This document shows, in pieces, positions 50,717 to 60,676 of a stretch of 64,000 bases of DNA; position 1 is the stretch's first letter, and the number at the start of each line of letters is the position of its first letter. The notes under the pieces are model-generated. The model did not search any database. It was not told the DNA's origin and was given only the letters and a program-made list of their open reading frames with translations. The translations under genes were made by a program, and so were the position numbers. Origin of the DNA: Desulfobacterales bacterium (GTDB lineage: Bacteria; Desulfobacterota; Desulfobacteria; Desulfobacterales; UBA2174); contig CAXXWC010000019.1 of assembly GCA_963668645.2 (NCBI GenBank), positions 480,001-544,000 on the forward strand, written 5' to 3'.

Positions 50717-51688
50717 CTATTCCCGCGGGCCGCCGCAGGTTGCGCCGGCCCAGGCGGGGTTCAGCGCGGCGGCCACGGACTGGATATGATGCTGATCGGT
50801 GCCGCAGCAGCCGCCGAGGATGCGCAAGCCGTAACGCCGGTGCAGCTGGGCCATGGCGGCGCCAAAGGCCTCCGGCGGCTCGGCGTCGCACTCGGCCCGG
50901 CCGTCGAGGGCCTCCGGGCTGAGCTTCGAGGCGTTGGCCTGAAGACCGAGCAGGCGACCCTGGGGCAATGCCGCGGCCGGCAAAGAGGCCAGCGCGGCGG
51001 CCAGATTATCGGGATGCACGCAGTTGACCATGTACCCCGACGGGGGCGGGCTGACAGCTGCGTCGATGTGCCGGATAGCGGCGTCCAGGGCGGTGCCGTC
51101 CAGCAAGGTACCGTCGGGCCGGATCACGAAGCTCAGCAGGTAGGGTCCGCCGGCATCGGACAGGGCCCGGGCCAGCCCCTCGGCCTCGCTGAGGGCCGGC
51201 AGGGTGGCGGCCAGGATCAGATCGGGGCCTCCCGCGGCCAGGGCCTCGATCTGGGGGGCGTGAAAACGCCGCGCCGCTTCGGCGCCAAGGGCCAGCTGCG
51301 GTTTGTAGGCATCGTGGCGGCAGGCGATCATACCGGCCACCATGATGCGGCGGCCGTAGGCCCCGGCCCGGTCGCGCAGGTTCTTTAGGAACGAAACGGC
51401 CACGGCGTTAATGGCCACACCCTGTTGGAGGCCGGCCAGCCGGGCCCTTTCGGCACTGGCGCGCCAGGTGGGCGCCCCCAGAATCAAGGGCAGATCGTAG
51501 CGGCGGCCCACCGCGATGTACTGCGCCCAGATAAGGCTCAAGGCCCTGCACCCCTCGGGCTCAAGAACGAATCCGGCATGGAGGATGTGCGGATCCAGCG
51601 CCAGGGAGGTCTCACGCCGCAACCGCTCGATGACCGCGCCTTCGGTCAGAATGGGCCTGGTGGAGTTGATCGTGGCTGCGAAATCCAT
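50717..51688 (-). CDS. homocysteine S-methyltransferase family protein
   Basis: LTEGA, PTWRAS, VNCVHP, ANAS, LGGCCGT zinc motif. Confidence 0.88.
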   Translation of the reverse strand: MDFAATINSTRPILTEGAVIERLRRETSLALDPHILHAGFVLEPEGCRALSLIWAQYIAVGRRYDLPLILGAPTWRASAERARLAGLQQGVAINAVAVSFLKNLRDRAGAYGRRIMVAGMIACRHDAYKPQLALGAEAARRFHAPQIEALAAGGPDLILAATLPALSEAEGLARALSDAGGPYLLSFVIRPDGTLLDGTALDAAIRHIDAAVSPPPSGYMVNCVHPDNLAAALASLPAAALPQGRLLGLQANASKLSPEALDGRAECDAEPPEAFGAAMAQLHRRYGLRILGGCCGTDQHHIQSVAAALNPAWAGATCGGPRE

Positions 51689-51951
51689 TTACACTCGACT
51701 TCCGGCTTTCGTCCCAGGGCCGGGCGGGCGGATATCCCCTGTTGAACATGCAATCGCCTGACCCCGGCTGCCGGAATCCTGCAAAAAGGTCACCCGGGTC
51801 CGTGCAATAGCACATTTCCCTTTTGTGGGGAATTGCTGCGCGCCAGGGTTGACAGAAACGCCGCGACAAGGATAGTGGACGGGCTGGATGCACCATTTGC
51901 ACCCCAAAGCCCTGAACGCCGCCCGTGCTGGCGGCCCGAAACGGATCCGCG

Positions 51952-52761
51952 ATGGCCCCAAAAGACTACTACAAGGTTCTGGAGGTGGCTGAAAACGCCA
52001 GCCAAAAACAGATCAAGGAAGCCTTCCGCCGTCTGGCCCTGCAATATCACCCGGACCGCAACCGGGAGGAGGCCGCCAGCGCCGATCGCATGAAAGCCGT
52101 CAACGAGGCCTACGCGGTGCTGTCCAACCCCAAACGGCGCTCCGAGTATGACACGTTGCGCCAGCAGTTCGGAGAGACGGCCCACACCCATTTTCGCAGC
52201 AGCCACTCGGAGCAGGACATTTTCCGCGGTTCGGACATCAACCAGATCTTCGAGGAACTGGCCCGCTCCTTCGGGCTGCGGGGCGTGGACGAAATCTTCA
52301 AGGACGTCTACGGCCCCGGCTACAGAAGCTTCGAATTTCGCCGGCCCGGGATGTTCGGCCGCGGCTTCATCTTCGTTTCGGGATTCGGCACCTCGCGCCG
52401 GCCGGCCCGGCGCGGCCCGGCCTTGCAAGGCAGAGGCTTTGGCCGCCTCTCCAGGCAACTGCGCGCCAAGATCGCCTCCATGGCCCCCACGGCCCGGGGC
52501 CGCGACATTTCCGACACGATCCGCCTGCCGCAGGATCTGGCCCGCCAGGGCGGTCCCTGGGCGTACAACCACAAACAGCGCAACAAGAAGCTGGTGGTCA
52601 AGATACCGGCCGGGGTGCGCGAAGGCCAGCAGATCCGCCTGGCCGGCATGGGGCTGGAAGGGCGCGGCGGCGGCCCTGCCGGAGACCTGTTGCTCAAGAT
52701 CGCCTTTCGCCGCTCGATGCTGGAGCGGGTCAAGGGGCTTCTCGTCGGCCGCAAGGCGTAA
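51952..52761 (+). CDS. J-domain co-chaperone (DnaJ/CbpA-like, short)
   Basis: KDYYKVL, YHPD, VNEAYAVLS, VKIPAGV..GQQIRLAGMG. Confidence 0.9.
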   Translation: MAPKDYYKVLEVAENASQKQIKEAFRRLALQYHPDRNREEAASADRMKAVNEAYAVLSNPKRRSEYDTLRQQFGETAHTHFRSSHSEQDIFRGSDINQIFEELARSFGLRGVDEIFKDVYGPGYRSFEFRRPGMFGRGFIFVSGFGTSRRPARRGPALQGRGFGRLSRQLRAKIASMAPTARGRDISDTIRLPQDLARQGGPWAYNHKQRNKKLVVKIPAGVREGQQIRLAGMGLEGRGGGPAGDLLLKIAFRRSMLERVKGLLVGRKA

Positions 52762-52773
52762 GCCGAACATTTC

Positions 52774-54045
52774 ATGAACGGCTGCCGCTTTTACCGCTTT
52801 GCCACCTACGAAGCTCGCGAAAAGGCGTTTCGGCGTCTGGCCGGAGGGATCCTGCCGCGCCATTACGGCGGTCCCCGTGTCTTCTGGTCCGATTTGCACC
52901 AGGCGGCGCGCGAGGGGCTCGGAAGCGCCGACGCCGGGCTGCTGGCCCGGATCACGGCCAATCCGCGCGACTGCCTGGCGTTCGGATCGGCCCACCAGGT
53001 GCTTGTGGCCGCGTCCATGACCGGGCAGGCCCCGGGACCCGCCACCGGGCGGACCGCCGATCTGGCCCGAATTTTCGGGATCGACCATCTGCTGCGCCAG
53101 CCGATCCGCACCCTTTCCGGGGGCGAAACCGTTCTGGTGGCCCTGGCCAAGGCCGCAGCCCTGCTGCCGGCGGCCCGCGGCCTGGTCATTGCCAGTCCGT
53201 TTACCTGGCTGAGCCGCGAAAATCAGCCCTATCTTGAAACTCTCCTGGCGTACTACGACCGGCATCAGGCCGCGACAACCGTCCTTCTGCTGGACGGCGA
53301 GGACGATGATCGGCCGGCACCGCCGCCGGACCTGCCCGCCGGTCCGGATTTCGGTCTTTTTTTCGAAGGGGTGAAAACCCCGCTGAGTCCTTCATTGGGC
53401 GTGGCGGGCCGGTTGCCGGCAATGGCTGCCATCGGCGACTCGGCCATCCGGCTCAAGTCGCCTTGCCTGATCGCGGGGGCCAACGGCCAGGGCAAGAGCC
53501 TGCTGGCCAAAGTCCTCGCGGGAGCCGTCCCCTTCAAGGGCCGGGTTGGGCTGGAGGCCGGAGGCGGTCCGGGCACGGTGCGGCTCCTTTTCCAGGATGT
53601 GATGACCCAGACCCTGCTGCGGGATCCGGCGGCCCTGGCCGCGGCGGGAGCCGGCCCGCATAAGGACGATCCATTGCGCATGGCTGCGGCGCTTGAAGCA
53701 GAATTCGAGGTCCGGCGAAAAGAGGCGGCAGAAGAAACTGCCACCGGCCCCGGCGCGCCGAGCCTGCGCCGCGTCAAGACGATGCTGGCGGCCACGCGCC
53801 TTTGCACCCGGCCTGCGGCCCTGATCCTCGACGAGCCGGACTGGGGTCTGAGCCGGCAAGATGCCATCGCCTGGGTCCAGGCGGTGATCACCGCAGCCCA
53901 TCGCCAGGGGACGGCTGTGATGCTCATCTCCCATAAATCCTGGTGGCCGGCCGTCTGCGCCAGTACCCTGAGGGTCTTTTGCCAACGGGACGTCACCGGC
54001 CCGCAAACCGGCTTGCAGATCCGGCTGGAAGGTGCCGCATGCTGA
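52774..54045 (+). CDS. divergent ABC/ECF-type ATPase (two degenerate halves)
   Basis: LSGGE signature in the N-half; GANGQGKS Walker A, LILDEP Walker B and ISH in the C-half. Confidence 0.7.
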   Translation: MNGCRFYRFATYEAREKAFRRLAGGILPRHYGGPRVFWSDLHQAAREGLGSADAGLLARITANPRDCLAFGSAHQVLVAASMTGQAPGPATGRTADLARIFGIDHLLRQPIRTLSGGETVLVALAKAAALLPAARGLVIASPFTWLSRENQPYLETLLAYYDRHQAATTVLLLDGEDDDRPAPPPDLPAGPDFGLFFEGVKTPLSPSLGVAGRLPAMAAIGDSAIRLKSPCLIAGANGQGKSLLAKVLAGAVPFKGRVGLEAGGGPGTVRLLFQDVMTQTLLRDPAALAAAGAGPHKDDPLRMAAALEAEFEVRRKEAAEETATGPGAPSLRRVKTMLAATRLCTRPAALILDEPDWGLSRQDAIAWVQAVITAAHRQGTAVMLISHKSWWPAVCASTLRVFCQRDVTGPQTGLQIRLEGAAC

Positions 54046-54701
54046 GATGGCAGGCGCGCATGGCGCTTTTGCTGGCCGCCTCGGTACCGGCCTTCAGCGG
54101 GTGGCCGCTGGGCCGTTTTGCATCCCCGGTGCTTTCAGGCCTGAGCCTCGGATGGTTGGGCTATCTCGTGCTGGTCCATCTTCTGGTGGCGTTGTGCAGC
54201 GGCCGGCGCCGCTACGCCGATATTCTGGCCATGGCGGCCCTGATCACCACCCCGGTGGTCTACGCAGGGGCGGCGGTGGCCTATGCCTGGGACCTGATCA
54301 GCGGCGCCGTACCCGGCTCGGCCGGCGCGCACTACCTTAGCCTTTGCGTAACCATGCTCACCGTGGTGCCCCTGGCCCTGGCTCTGGTGGCCCAAATCCC
54401 TTTTCAGCGCATCGAGCAGGGTCTGCTGGAGGACGGCCGGGGGGTGGGGCGGCGCCAAAAGGCCGAATTGATGATCCTGCGGGTTTTTACGCATATCGTC
54501 TATTTCGTGGTGCCCGACATTCTCGAAGTGGTGCGCGAAGAGCGTGTCGGCACTGCGGCGCCCGCCGGCCGCATCGGCCGGCTGCGGCGCTCTCTGATCG
54601 ATCTTGCCGCGGCGGCGATCTGCGCCTCGATCCGCCACATCCCCTTGTGGGCAGTGGAAATCGCCGCCTTGCCAGAGCCGGCGCCGAAAAAAAAGCGTTG
54701 A
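54039..54701 (+). CDS. membrane protein, possibly divergent ECF T component
   Basis: about 4 hydrophobic helices plus amphipathic C-terminus; lies between the ATPase and S component genes. Confidence 0.55.
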   Translation: MLRWQARMALLLAASVPAFSGWPLGRFASPVLSGLSLGWLGYLVLVHLLVALCSGRRRYADILAMAALITTPVVYAGAAVAYAWDLISGAVPGSAGAHYLSLCVTMLTVVPLALALVAQIPFQRIEQGLLEDGRGVGRRQKAELMILRVFTHIVYFVVPDILEVVREERVGTAAPAGRIGRLRRSLIDLAAAAICASIRHIPLWAVEIAALPEPAPKKKR

Positions 54702-54803
54702 CCGGCAACGGACAACGGCAAGCCGGTGATATAGGCGATGGCCAGCCCGCTTACGGTTTGCAATAACTCGCCGAATCGGCGAAAATAGGGAGAACAGCAC
54801 CCA

Positions 54804-55346
54804 GTGAAGGAAAGATCGGAAGCCCAACGGTTGTTTCATATCGGCATCATCGCCGCCTTTGCCACCCTGGCCTTCGTCGGCACCCTGGCCATCCGGGTGC
54901 CGATCCCGGCCAGCGGCGGCTATTTCAACCTGGGCGACACCTTCGTGATGGTTGCGGCCCTGCTTTACGGACCGGCCGCCGGCGCCCTGGTGGGCATGAT
55001 CGGGCCGGCGGCGGCCGATGCTGTCGGGTTTCCCCAGTTTGTCCTGGCCACGGCAGTGGTCAAGGCCATCGAGGGATGGATCGTCGCCGCCATCGGTTTT
55101 CGCCGCTCGCCGCCGCGCCAGGTGGCGGGCCTTGCGGCCGGGATACTGGCGCTGGTGGGCGGCTACTATATTTTCGAAGCCATAGTCTATCCACTGCTGG
55201 CCGAAACGGTCCCTTTTTTCGCGGTCACCGATCCCAGGGCAGCCCTGGCGGAAATCTTTCCCAATCTGGTCCAGGGCGCCATCAGCGCGGTGCTGGCCTT
55301 CGGCATTCAGCGGGTTTTCAACCGGCCCGGAGGCGACCTGGATTGA
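54804..55346 (+). CDS. ECF transporter S component
   Basis: IRVPIP..GGYFNLGDTFV...ALLYG...AAD...KAIEG; about 6 TM. Confidence 0.85.
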   Translation: MKERSEAQRLFHIGIIAAFATLAFVGTLAIRVPIPASGGYFNLGDTFVMVAALLYGPAAGALVGMIGPAAADAVGFPQFVLATAVVKAIEGWIVAAIGFRRSPPRQVAGLAAGILALVGGYYIFEAIVYPLLAETVPFFAVTDPRAALAEIFPNLVQGAISAVLAFGIQRVFNRPGGDLD

Positions 55347-55436
55347 TCAGCGACTTTTTTCGCCGTCCGGCCCTTTGAGCTTTCACCAAAGCTGCACGCT
55401 TTTCTATGCGGCTGGCGGCACCCGGAAATTGAAACG

Positions 55437-56666
55437 ATGAGTTGGTACTACAAAGACGGAGAACGCGAGGTGGGGCCGATTTCCAAGGCCCAGCTGGTGG
55501 CCCTGGTCAAAGCCGGAGGCATCAAAGGAAGCACTGCGGTGCGCCACACCAGCATGTCCGCCTACCGGCCCCTGGCCGAGATGGTGCGCAAAAAGCCGCC
55601 CCAAGCCCCCCCTCCCCCGCCGCCACCGCCGCCGCCCGAGCGGCGTGAAGCACCCGCCGCGCCTCTTCCCCCGCCTCCGGACCCGGTGCAGCCTTTCCAA
55701 TTCGAAGGCACCGGCGGGGCTTACTTCAGGATCTGGATCGTCAACACCCTGCTGTCCATCGTCACCCTGGGCATCTATTCGGCCTGGGCAAAGGTGCGCC
55801 GCAAGCAGTTTTTCTACAGCCATACCCGGGTGGCCGGTTCGGCCTTCGCCTACCTGGCCGACCCGATCAAGATCCTCAAAGGCCGGATCATCGTCTTTGC
55901 CGGCTTTTTCGTCTATTCGACGGTCCAGAAGTTCTTTCCGCCCGCCGGCCTGGTGATGACGGCGTGCCTGGCCGTTTTGCTGCCCTGGTTCGTGGTCCGC
56001 TCCCTGGCCTTTAATTCCCGCAACAGCGCCTGGCGCCATGTGCGCTTCAACTTCAAAGGGACTTACGGCCAGGCGGCCCTGGTCTACCTGCTCTGGCCCC
56101 TTCTGGCCGTTTTGACCCTCGGCCTGCTTTTTCCCTACGCCTACTACCGCCAGCGACGATTCGTCGTCGAAAATTCGGCCTTCGGCACGACGACCTTCGC
56201 CTTTCACGCCCGGGCCCGGGACTATTACCGGATCTGGCTCTATTTTCTGCCGGCCCTGATCGGTGCCGCACTGGTGGCGGGCGCGGTATCCTGGCTGGCC
56301 CCGGCGGCGGCCCCGGCGGTCATCGCGCTGGTGGCGGCCCTGACCTACCTCTATGCCCTGGCCTATTTCAGCGTGACTGCGAACAACCTGCTTTTCAACT
56401 CGGCCGGCCTGCAGCACCAGCGCTTCGAGGCCGCGATGCGCGTCTGGCCCTATGCCGGCATCGTACTGACCAACACCATGGCCATCGTGGTCACCCTGGG
56501 CCTGTTTCATCCCTTTGCCCAGGTGCGTGCCTACCGTTACAAGATCACGAACCTGACCCTGCTCGGGGCCGACGGGCTCGACCGCTTCGTAGCGGACGAA
56601 ACCCGTGAGACCAGCGCCTTGGGCGACGAGCTTTCCGACTTTCTGGATTTCGACTTCGGACTGTAA
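55437..56666 (+). CDS. YjgN/DUF898 membrane protein with N-terminal GYF_2 domain
   Basis: FEGTGGAYFRIWIVNTLLSIVTLGIYSAWAKVR, C-terminal DFDFGL; WYY..GEREVGP N-terminus. Confidence 0.9.
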   Translation: MSWYYKDGEREVGPISKAQLVALVKAGGIKGSTAVRHTSMSAYRPLAEMVRKKPPQAPPPPPPPPPPERREAPAAPLPPPPDPVQPFQFEGTGGAYFRIWIVNTLLSIVTLGIYSAWAKVRRKQFFYSHTRVAGSAFAYLADPIKILKGRIIVFAGFFVYSTVQKFFPPAGLVMTACLAVLLPWFVVRSLAFNSRNSAWRHVRFNFKGTYGQAALVYLLWPLLAVLTLGLLFPYAYYRQRRFVVENSAFGTTTFAFHARARDYYRIWLYFLPALIGAALVAGAVSWLAPAAAPAVIALVAALTYLYALAYFSVTANNLLFNSAGLQHQRFEAAMRVWPYAGIVLTNTMAIVVTLGLFHPFAQVRAYRYKITNLTLLGADGLDRFVADETRETSALGDELSDFLDFDFGL

Positions 56667-56681
56667 GGAGCCGCACCGATC

Positions 56682-57710
56682 ATGATCATCCTGGATGGCA
56701 TCTGGTACGACGGTAAGACTTCAGCCCGGGTGCGGGCGGAGTTGAAGGTGCTCGACGACGCTATCTTCCAGGTCGAGGAGGTCGAAACGGGAAAAGTGCT
56801 GCGCCGGCAGCCCGGCACCGGGGTGCATGTTTCCGACCGGATAGGCGACACGCCGCGCGCTTTGACCTTTTCCGGCGGGGCGGTGTTCGAAACCGAAGCC
56901 AATGCGGCCGTGGACCGGGTCCTGGCCGGAATGCGGCGCCAGCGCCGGTCCCGTTGGGTTCACGGCCTCGAATCGAAAAAACGCCACGTAATGATCGCAG
57001 GGCTGCTGGTGCTGCTGATCGGCGCGGGGTTGGTGCGCTACGGAATTCCCGCCACGGCCCGCCTGCTGGCCGCGGTGCTGCCCCATTCGCTTTACGAAAA
57101 TGCCGACCGCCAGACCCTGGCCCTGCTCGACCGTGCCCTAGTGAAGGAATCGGAACTGGGGCCGGAGGTTCAGCAGCGGGTTCGGCAGCACCTGCAGCCC
57201 ATCGTGGACGAACATCCGGATCTGGGTCTGAACATCGTTTTTCGCAAAGGCGGCCGGCTCGGCCCCAACGCCTTTGCCCTGCCCGGCGGCACCATCCTGT
57301 TCACCGATGAAATGATCACGATAGCCGAACACGACGACGAACTTACGGCCGTCATGGCCCACGAGACCGGCCATGTAGCTCACCGCCATGCCATGCGCCG
57401 CATAGTCCAGGATTCGCTGCTCTCCTTTACCCTGCTGGCCCTGACCGGCGATGCCTCGGGGGCCGCGGAGCTTTTCCTGGGCCTGCCCGTAATGCTCACC
57501 GAACTGGCCTATTCGCGCCAATTCGAACGCGACGCGGACCGCTACGCCCTCGACTACCTGCACCGCCACCGGATCCCGGCCTCGCACTTCGCCGACCTGC
57601 TGGAGCGCATCGAGCAGCGCCGTAAACACCAGAAAAGCCCCAAAGAAGGCTGGAGCGGATATCTGGCCACCCATCCGTCCACCCCGGAACGCATTCGGGA
57701 GTTTCGCTGA
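56682..57710 (+). CDS. M48 family metallopeptidase
   Basis: PNAFALPGG, AHETGH, YSRQFERDAD, THPSTPER; usual partner of YjgN. Confidence 0.92.
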   Translation: MIILDGIWYDGKTSARVRAELKVLDDAIFQVEEVETGKVLRRQPGTGVHVSDRIGDTPRALTFSGGAVFETEANAAVDRVLAGMRRQRRSRWVHGLESKKRHVMIAGLLVLLIGAGLVRYGIPATARLLAAVLPHSLYENADRQTLALLDRALVKESELGPEVQQRVRQHLQPIVDEHPDLGLNIVFRKGGRLGPNAFALPGGTILFTDEMITIAEHDDELTAVMAHETGHVAHRHAMRRIVQDSLLSFTLLALTGDASGAAELFLGLPVMLTELAYSRQFERDADRYALDYLHRHRIPASHFADLLERIEQRRKHQKSPKEGWSGYLATHPSTPERIREFR

Positions 57711-57976
57711 GTAAAATCTCCAGAATCCAGGGACTGAAGAAAACACGCCAGAAGATCCCCGGTGCCGGCAGCATCCGCCAGCCTGAAACCGGTGTGACAA
57801 CGGCTGTTTTCAAGCAGGAAGGCCATACCAATTTAATACTTGCCTTAAGTAATTTCCTGAACTAACAAACAATCAATCCTGTCGAACAAGATAAATCCGG
57901 TGGCCTGCGGCGCGGATACCGCCCAACAGCCGTACCGGCCGGTCACCGCTTCTGCTGAACAATCAGGGAAACACGA

Positions 57977-60559
57977 ATGCCGGGTTACCACCGTTTCTTT
58001 GAGCAGTTGTCGGGAGCGCGCCTGAGGTCCCATGCCTGGCAGGCCGCGCTGGCCTCATCAAGTGCCTGCGCCAATCGGCTGATCCGCATCCCCACCGGCT
58101 TTGGCAAAACCCTCGGCGTGCTCGGGGCCTGGGCCTGGCATCGGATTCACAGAAAGGATGATAGCTGGCCGCGACGCCTGGTCTGGTGCCTGCCCATGGG
58201 CGTCCTCACCGAGCAGATCGCGCTGGAAATGCGCCGTGCACTGCGTGCCTTGGGCGCCCTCTGGCAGGGCGGATCCCATGCGGATCGTGTCGGCGTTCAC
58301 CTGCTCGGGGGCGGGGTCGATTCCGGCAACTGGCAGCTGCACCCCGAAGCATGTGCGGTCCTGGTCGGCACCCAAAAGATGCTCCTTTCCCGTGCCATGA
58401 ACCGTGGCTACGCAGTTCCCCGCTCACTCTGGCCGGTTGAGTTCGGCCTGCTCAACCAGGATTGTCTCTGGGTTATGGACGAAGTCCAGTTGATGGATGT
58501 GGGGTTTGCCACATCGATCCAGATTCAGGCCTTACGAGACGAGGATAGATCCTGTGGCCGCACCCTGCGGCCGTGTTTCTCCTGGTGGATGAGCGCCACG
58601 CTGCAGTCCGCCTGGCTGTCGAAAAGTCCGGATACATCCACGATGGCCCGGCAACTGGCAGCACCGTTGGCCATCGACCCCGCAGACCGCCACGGCCGCC
58701 TGTGGGACGATGTGTCCAAACCCTGTTGCCGGAAAGTCATACGCCACGAAGCCGAGATGCCCCGGCTCATCGCCGGCGAATACATCGATACCGGAGCCGT
58801 TCACAACGGTCCGGCCCTGGTGGTGGTCAATACGGTGGACCGGGCGATCCGCCTGTACCAGGCCCTGCTGGGGGAAAAGCGCCTGAAGGACGAAGGAATC
58901 GAGATCCGCCTGCTCCACAGCCGCTTTCGACCGGCCGAGCGCCGTTGCTGGCAAAAATCGATCCTTCACCGCAATGCCTGCTCCCCGGGTGCAAAACGCA
59001 TCATCGTGACCACCCGGGTCATCGAGGCGGGAACGGACATGTCGGCGGCCCTGCTGGTCACCGAACTGGCCCCCTGGCCACACCTGGTGCAGCGTTTCGG
59101 CCGCTGCGCCCGCTGGGGTGGAAGGGGCCGCATCCTGGTTGCCGATCTGCCGGAAGAACAACCCTCGCCGGCCCGGCAATGGCCCCGGACGGAACTCCAG
59201 GCGGCCCGCCAGGCCCTCGGCCACCTTGAAGACGTATCCCCGTTGAACCTGGAGGCCTTCGAGGAAAACCATCCCCGGCTGCACTGCCGGCTCTATCCCT
59301 TTAAGCCCGCGCGCCTGCTGCTGCGCCAGGACCTTGAACGGCTCTTCGACACCACGCCGCGCTTTTGTGAGGCGGATGTCGATGTCAGCCGCTGGATACA
59401 CTCAAGTGAAGAAAGCAATCTTTACGTTTTCTGGGCTCCGGTGGCCGGGGGGCGGAATCCTGGCTCCGGTCTCCGGCCGTCCGGGGATGCGCTTTGCGCC
59501 GTACCGGTTTCCGCCGCCCAGACCTGGCTTTGCGGCAACGCAGATAAGACGCCAAAGGGGTCCCGGCTCAAGGAAAAGATGCGTGCCTGGGTCTGGGACC
59601 GGGCTGGGGGAAAATGGCGCAGGGCCCGAAGACAGGATCTAAATCCCGGCCAGACGGTGCTGGTCGCCGCAGATTGCGGGGGATATGATCCTGAAAAAGG
59701 GTGGTGGCCAGCTGGCCAGGCGGTTGTCCCAGCGGTCGAGGCCGCCCCGCCGGAGCCCATACCCGCCGCGGACGGCGCCTTGGAAAACGAGCCGCCGGGC
59801 AGCCCTGACCAGCGGCAGATCATCGCCGTGCACGGCCGCAGGGTCGGCCGGCTCGCCCGGACGCTGATGTCACTGATGGCACCTGCCTACGCCGACCTTT
59901 TCGACCTGGCCGGCCGCCTGCACGACTGGGGAAAGGCGCATCCGGCCTTCAACGCTTCCATCACAGACCCCGAGCGGATCGGCCTTTGCCATGAAGCGGC
60001 CAGCGCCCTGGCACTTTTGACGCTGCTGCAACGGATTGATCCGTATCATCCGGCCCTGCTCGGCCCCTGGCGGGAGCTGTTCGCGGCGACCGGCTCTCCC
60101 GCCTTGCCCCCGCACGGTCATCCCGCACCGGCCACCCCCATCGAACGAGAGCTTCTCGCTCTGGAGGAAATCGGCTTCCACCTGGCGGCCTTCCTCGTAT
60201 GCGCCCAACATGGCAGGGCGCGTATGGCGTGGTACACCGCCCCGGCCGGCCGATGCGCCGAAGACGACCGCCCCCTGATCTTGGGCCTGAAAAACGGCGA
60301 TGAAATCCCTGTCGTCACCCTGGCTGACGCCCAGGGGGGCTTCCATGTCCTTCCCGGGTTTACCGTCGACCTTGCACCGGCCCTCTCCGGCCTTAATCCC
60401 AAAACCGGTATGGGCTGGACCGAACGGGTCATCAGACTGCTCGACGCTTTCGGGCCGTTCACCCTGGCCTGGTTCGAGGCCGTGTTCCGCGCCGCGGACC
60501 AGAGGGCCTCGATCCTTGAAGGAGCCGCTGAGCAGGCAATGGCGGGGAAAGCACGATAA
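57977..60559 (+). CDS. cas3: Cas3-like SF2 helicase with C-terminal HD domain (type I-G/I-U architecture)
   Basis: IPTGFGKT, PRRLVWCLPM, MDEVQLM, MSAT, LHSRFR, QRFGRCAR; C-terminal LHDWGKA, HEAAS, RAADQRAS. Confidence 0.82.
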   Translation: MPGYHRFFEQLSGARLRSHAWQAALASSSACANRLIRIPTGFGKTLGVLGAWAWHRIHRKDDSWPRRLVWCLPMGVLTEQIALEMRRALRALGALWQGGSHADRVGVHLLGGGVDSGNWQLHPEACAVLVGTQKMLLSRAMNRGYAVPRSLWPVEFGLLNQDCLWVMDEVQLMDVGFATSIQIQALRDEDRSCGRTLRPCFSWWMSATLQSAWLSKSPDTSTMARQLAAPLAIDPADRHGRLWDDVSKPCCRKVIRHEAEMPRLIAGEYIDTGAVHNGPALVVVNTVDRAIRLYQALLGEKRLKDEGIEIRLLHSRFRPAERRCWQKSILHRNACSPGAKRIIVTTRVIEAGTDMSAALLVTELAPWPHLVQRFGRCARWGGRGRILVADLPEEQPSPARQWPRTELQAARQALGHLEDVSPLNLEAFEENHPRLHCRLYPFKPARLLLRQDLERLFDTTPRFCEADVDVSRWIHSSEESNLYVFWAPVAGGRNPGSGLRPSGDALCAVPVSAAQTWLCGNADKTPKGSRLKEKMRAWVWDRAGGKWRRARRQDLNPGQTVLVAADCGGYDPEKGWWPAGQAVVPAVEAAPPEPIPAADGALENEPPGSPDQRQIIAVHGRRVGRLARTLMSLMAPAYADLFDLAGRLHDWGKAHPAFNASITDPERIGLCHEAASALALLTLLQRIDPYHPALLGPWRELFAATGSPALPPHGHPAPATPIERELLALEEIGFHLAAFLVCAQHGRARMAWYTAPAGRCAEDDRPLILGLKNGDEIPVVTLADAQGGFHVLPGFTVDLAPALSGLNPKTGMGWTERVIRLLDAFGPFTLAWFEAVFRAADQRASILEGAAEQAMAGKAR

Positions 60560-60676
60560 AAGCTTAAGTCTCGTTAAAAAACTGCCGGAACCGAGCGTCT
60601 GGACAAACAGGCAGCCTTCGCGCTACGAAAACAAAATTAAATTCTTGCCTTGAAACCCAAAAAGCGAGGCACTGCC

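Noticed and set aside
51689..51900. SAM or lysine riboswitch upstream of the homocysteine methyltransferase/aspartate kinase pair
   Set aside because: No recognisable aptamer consensus or terminator.
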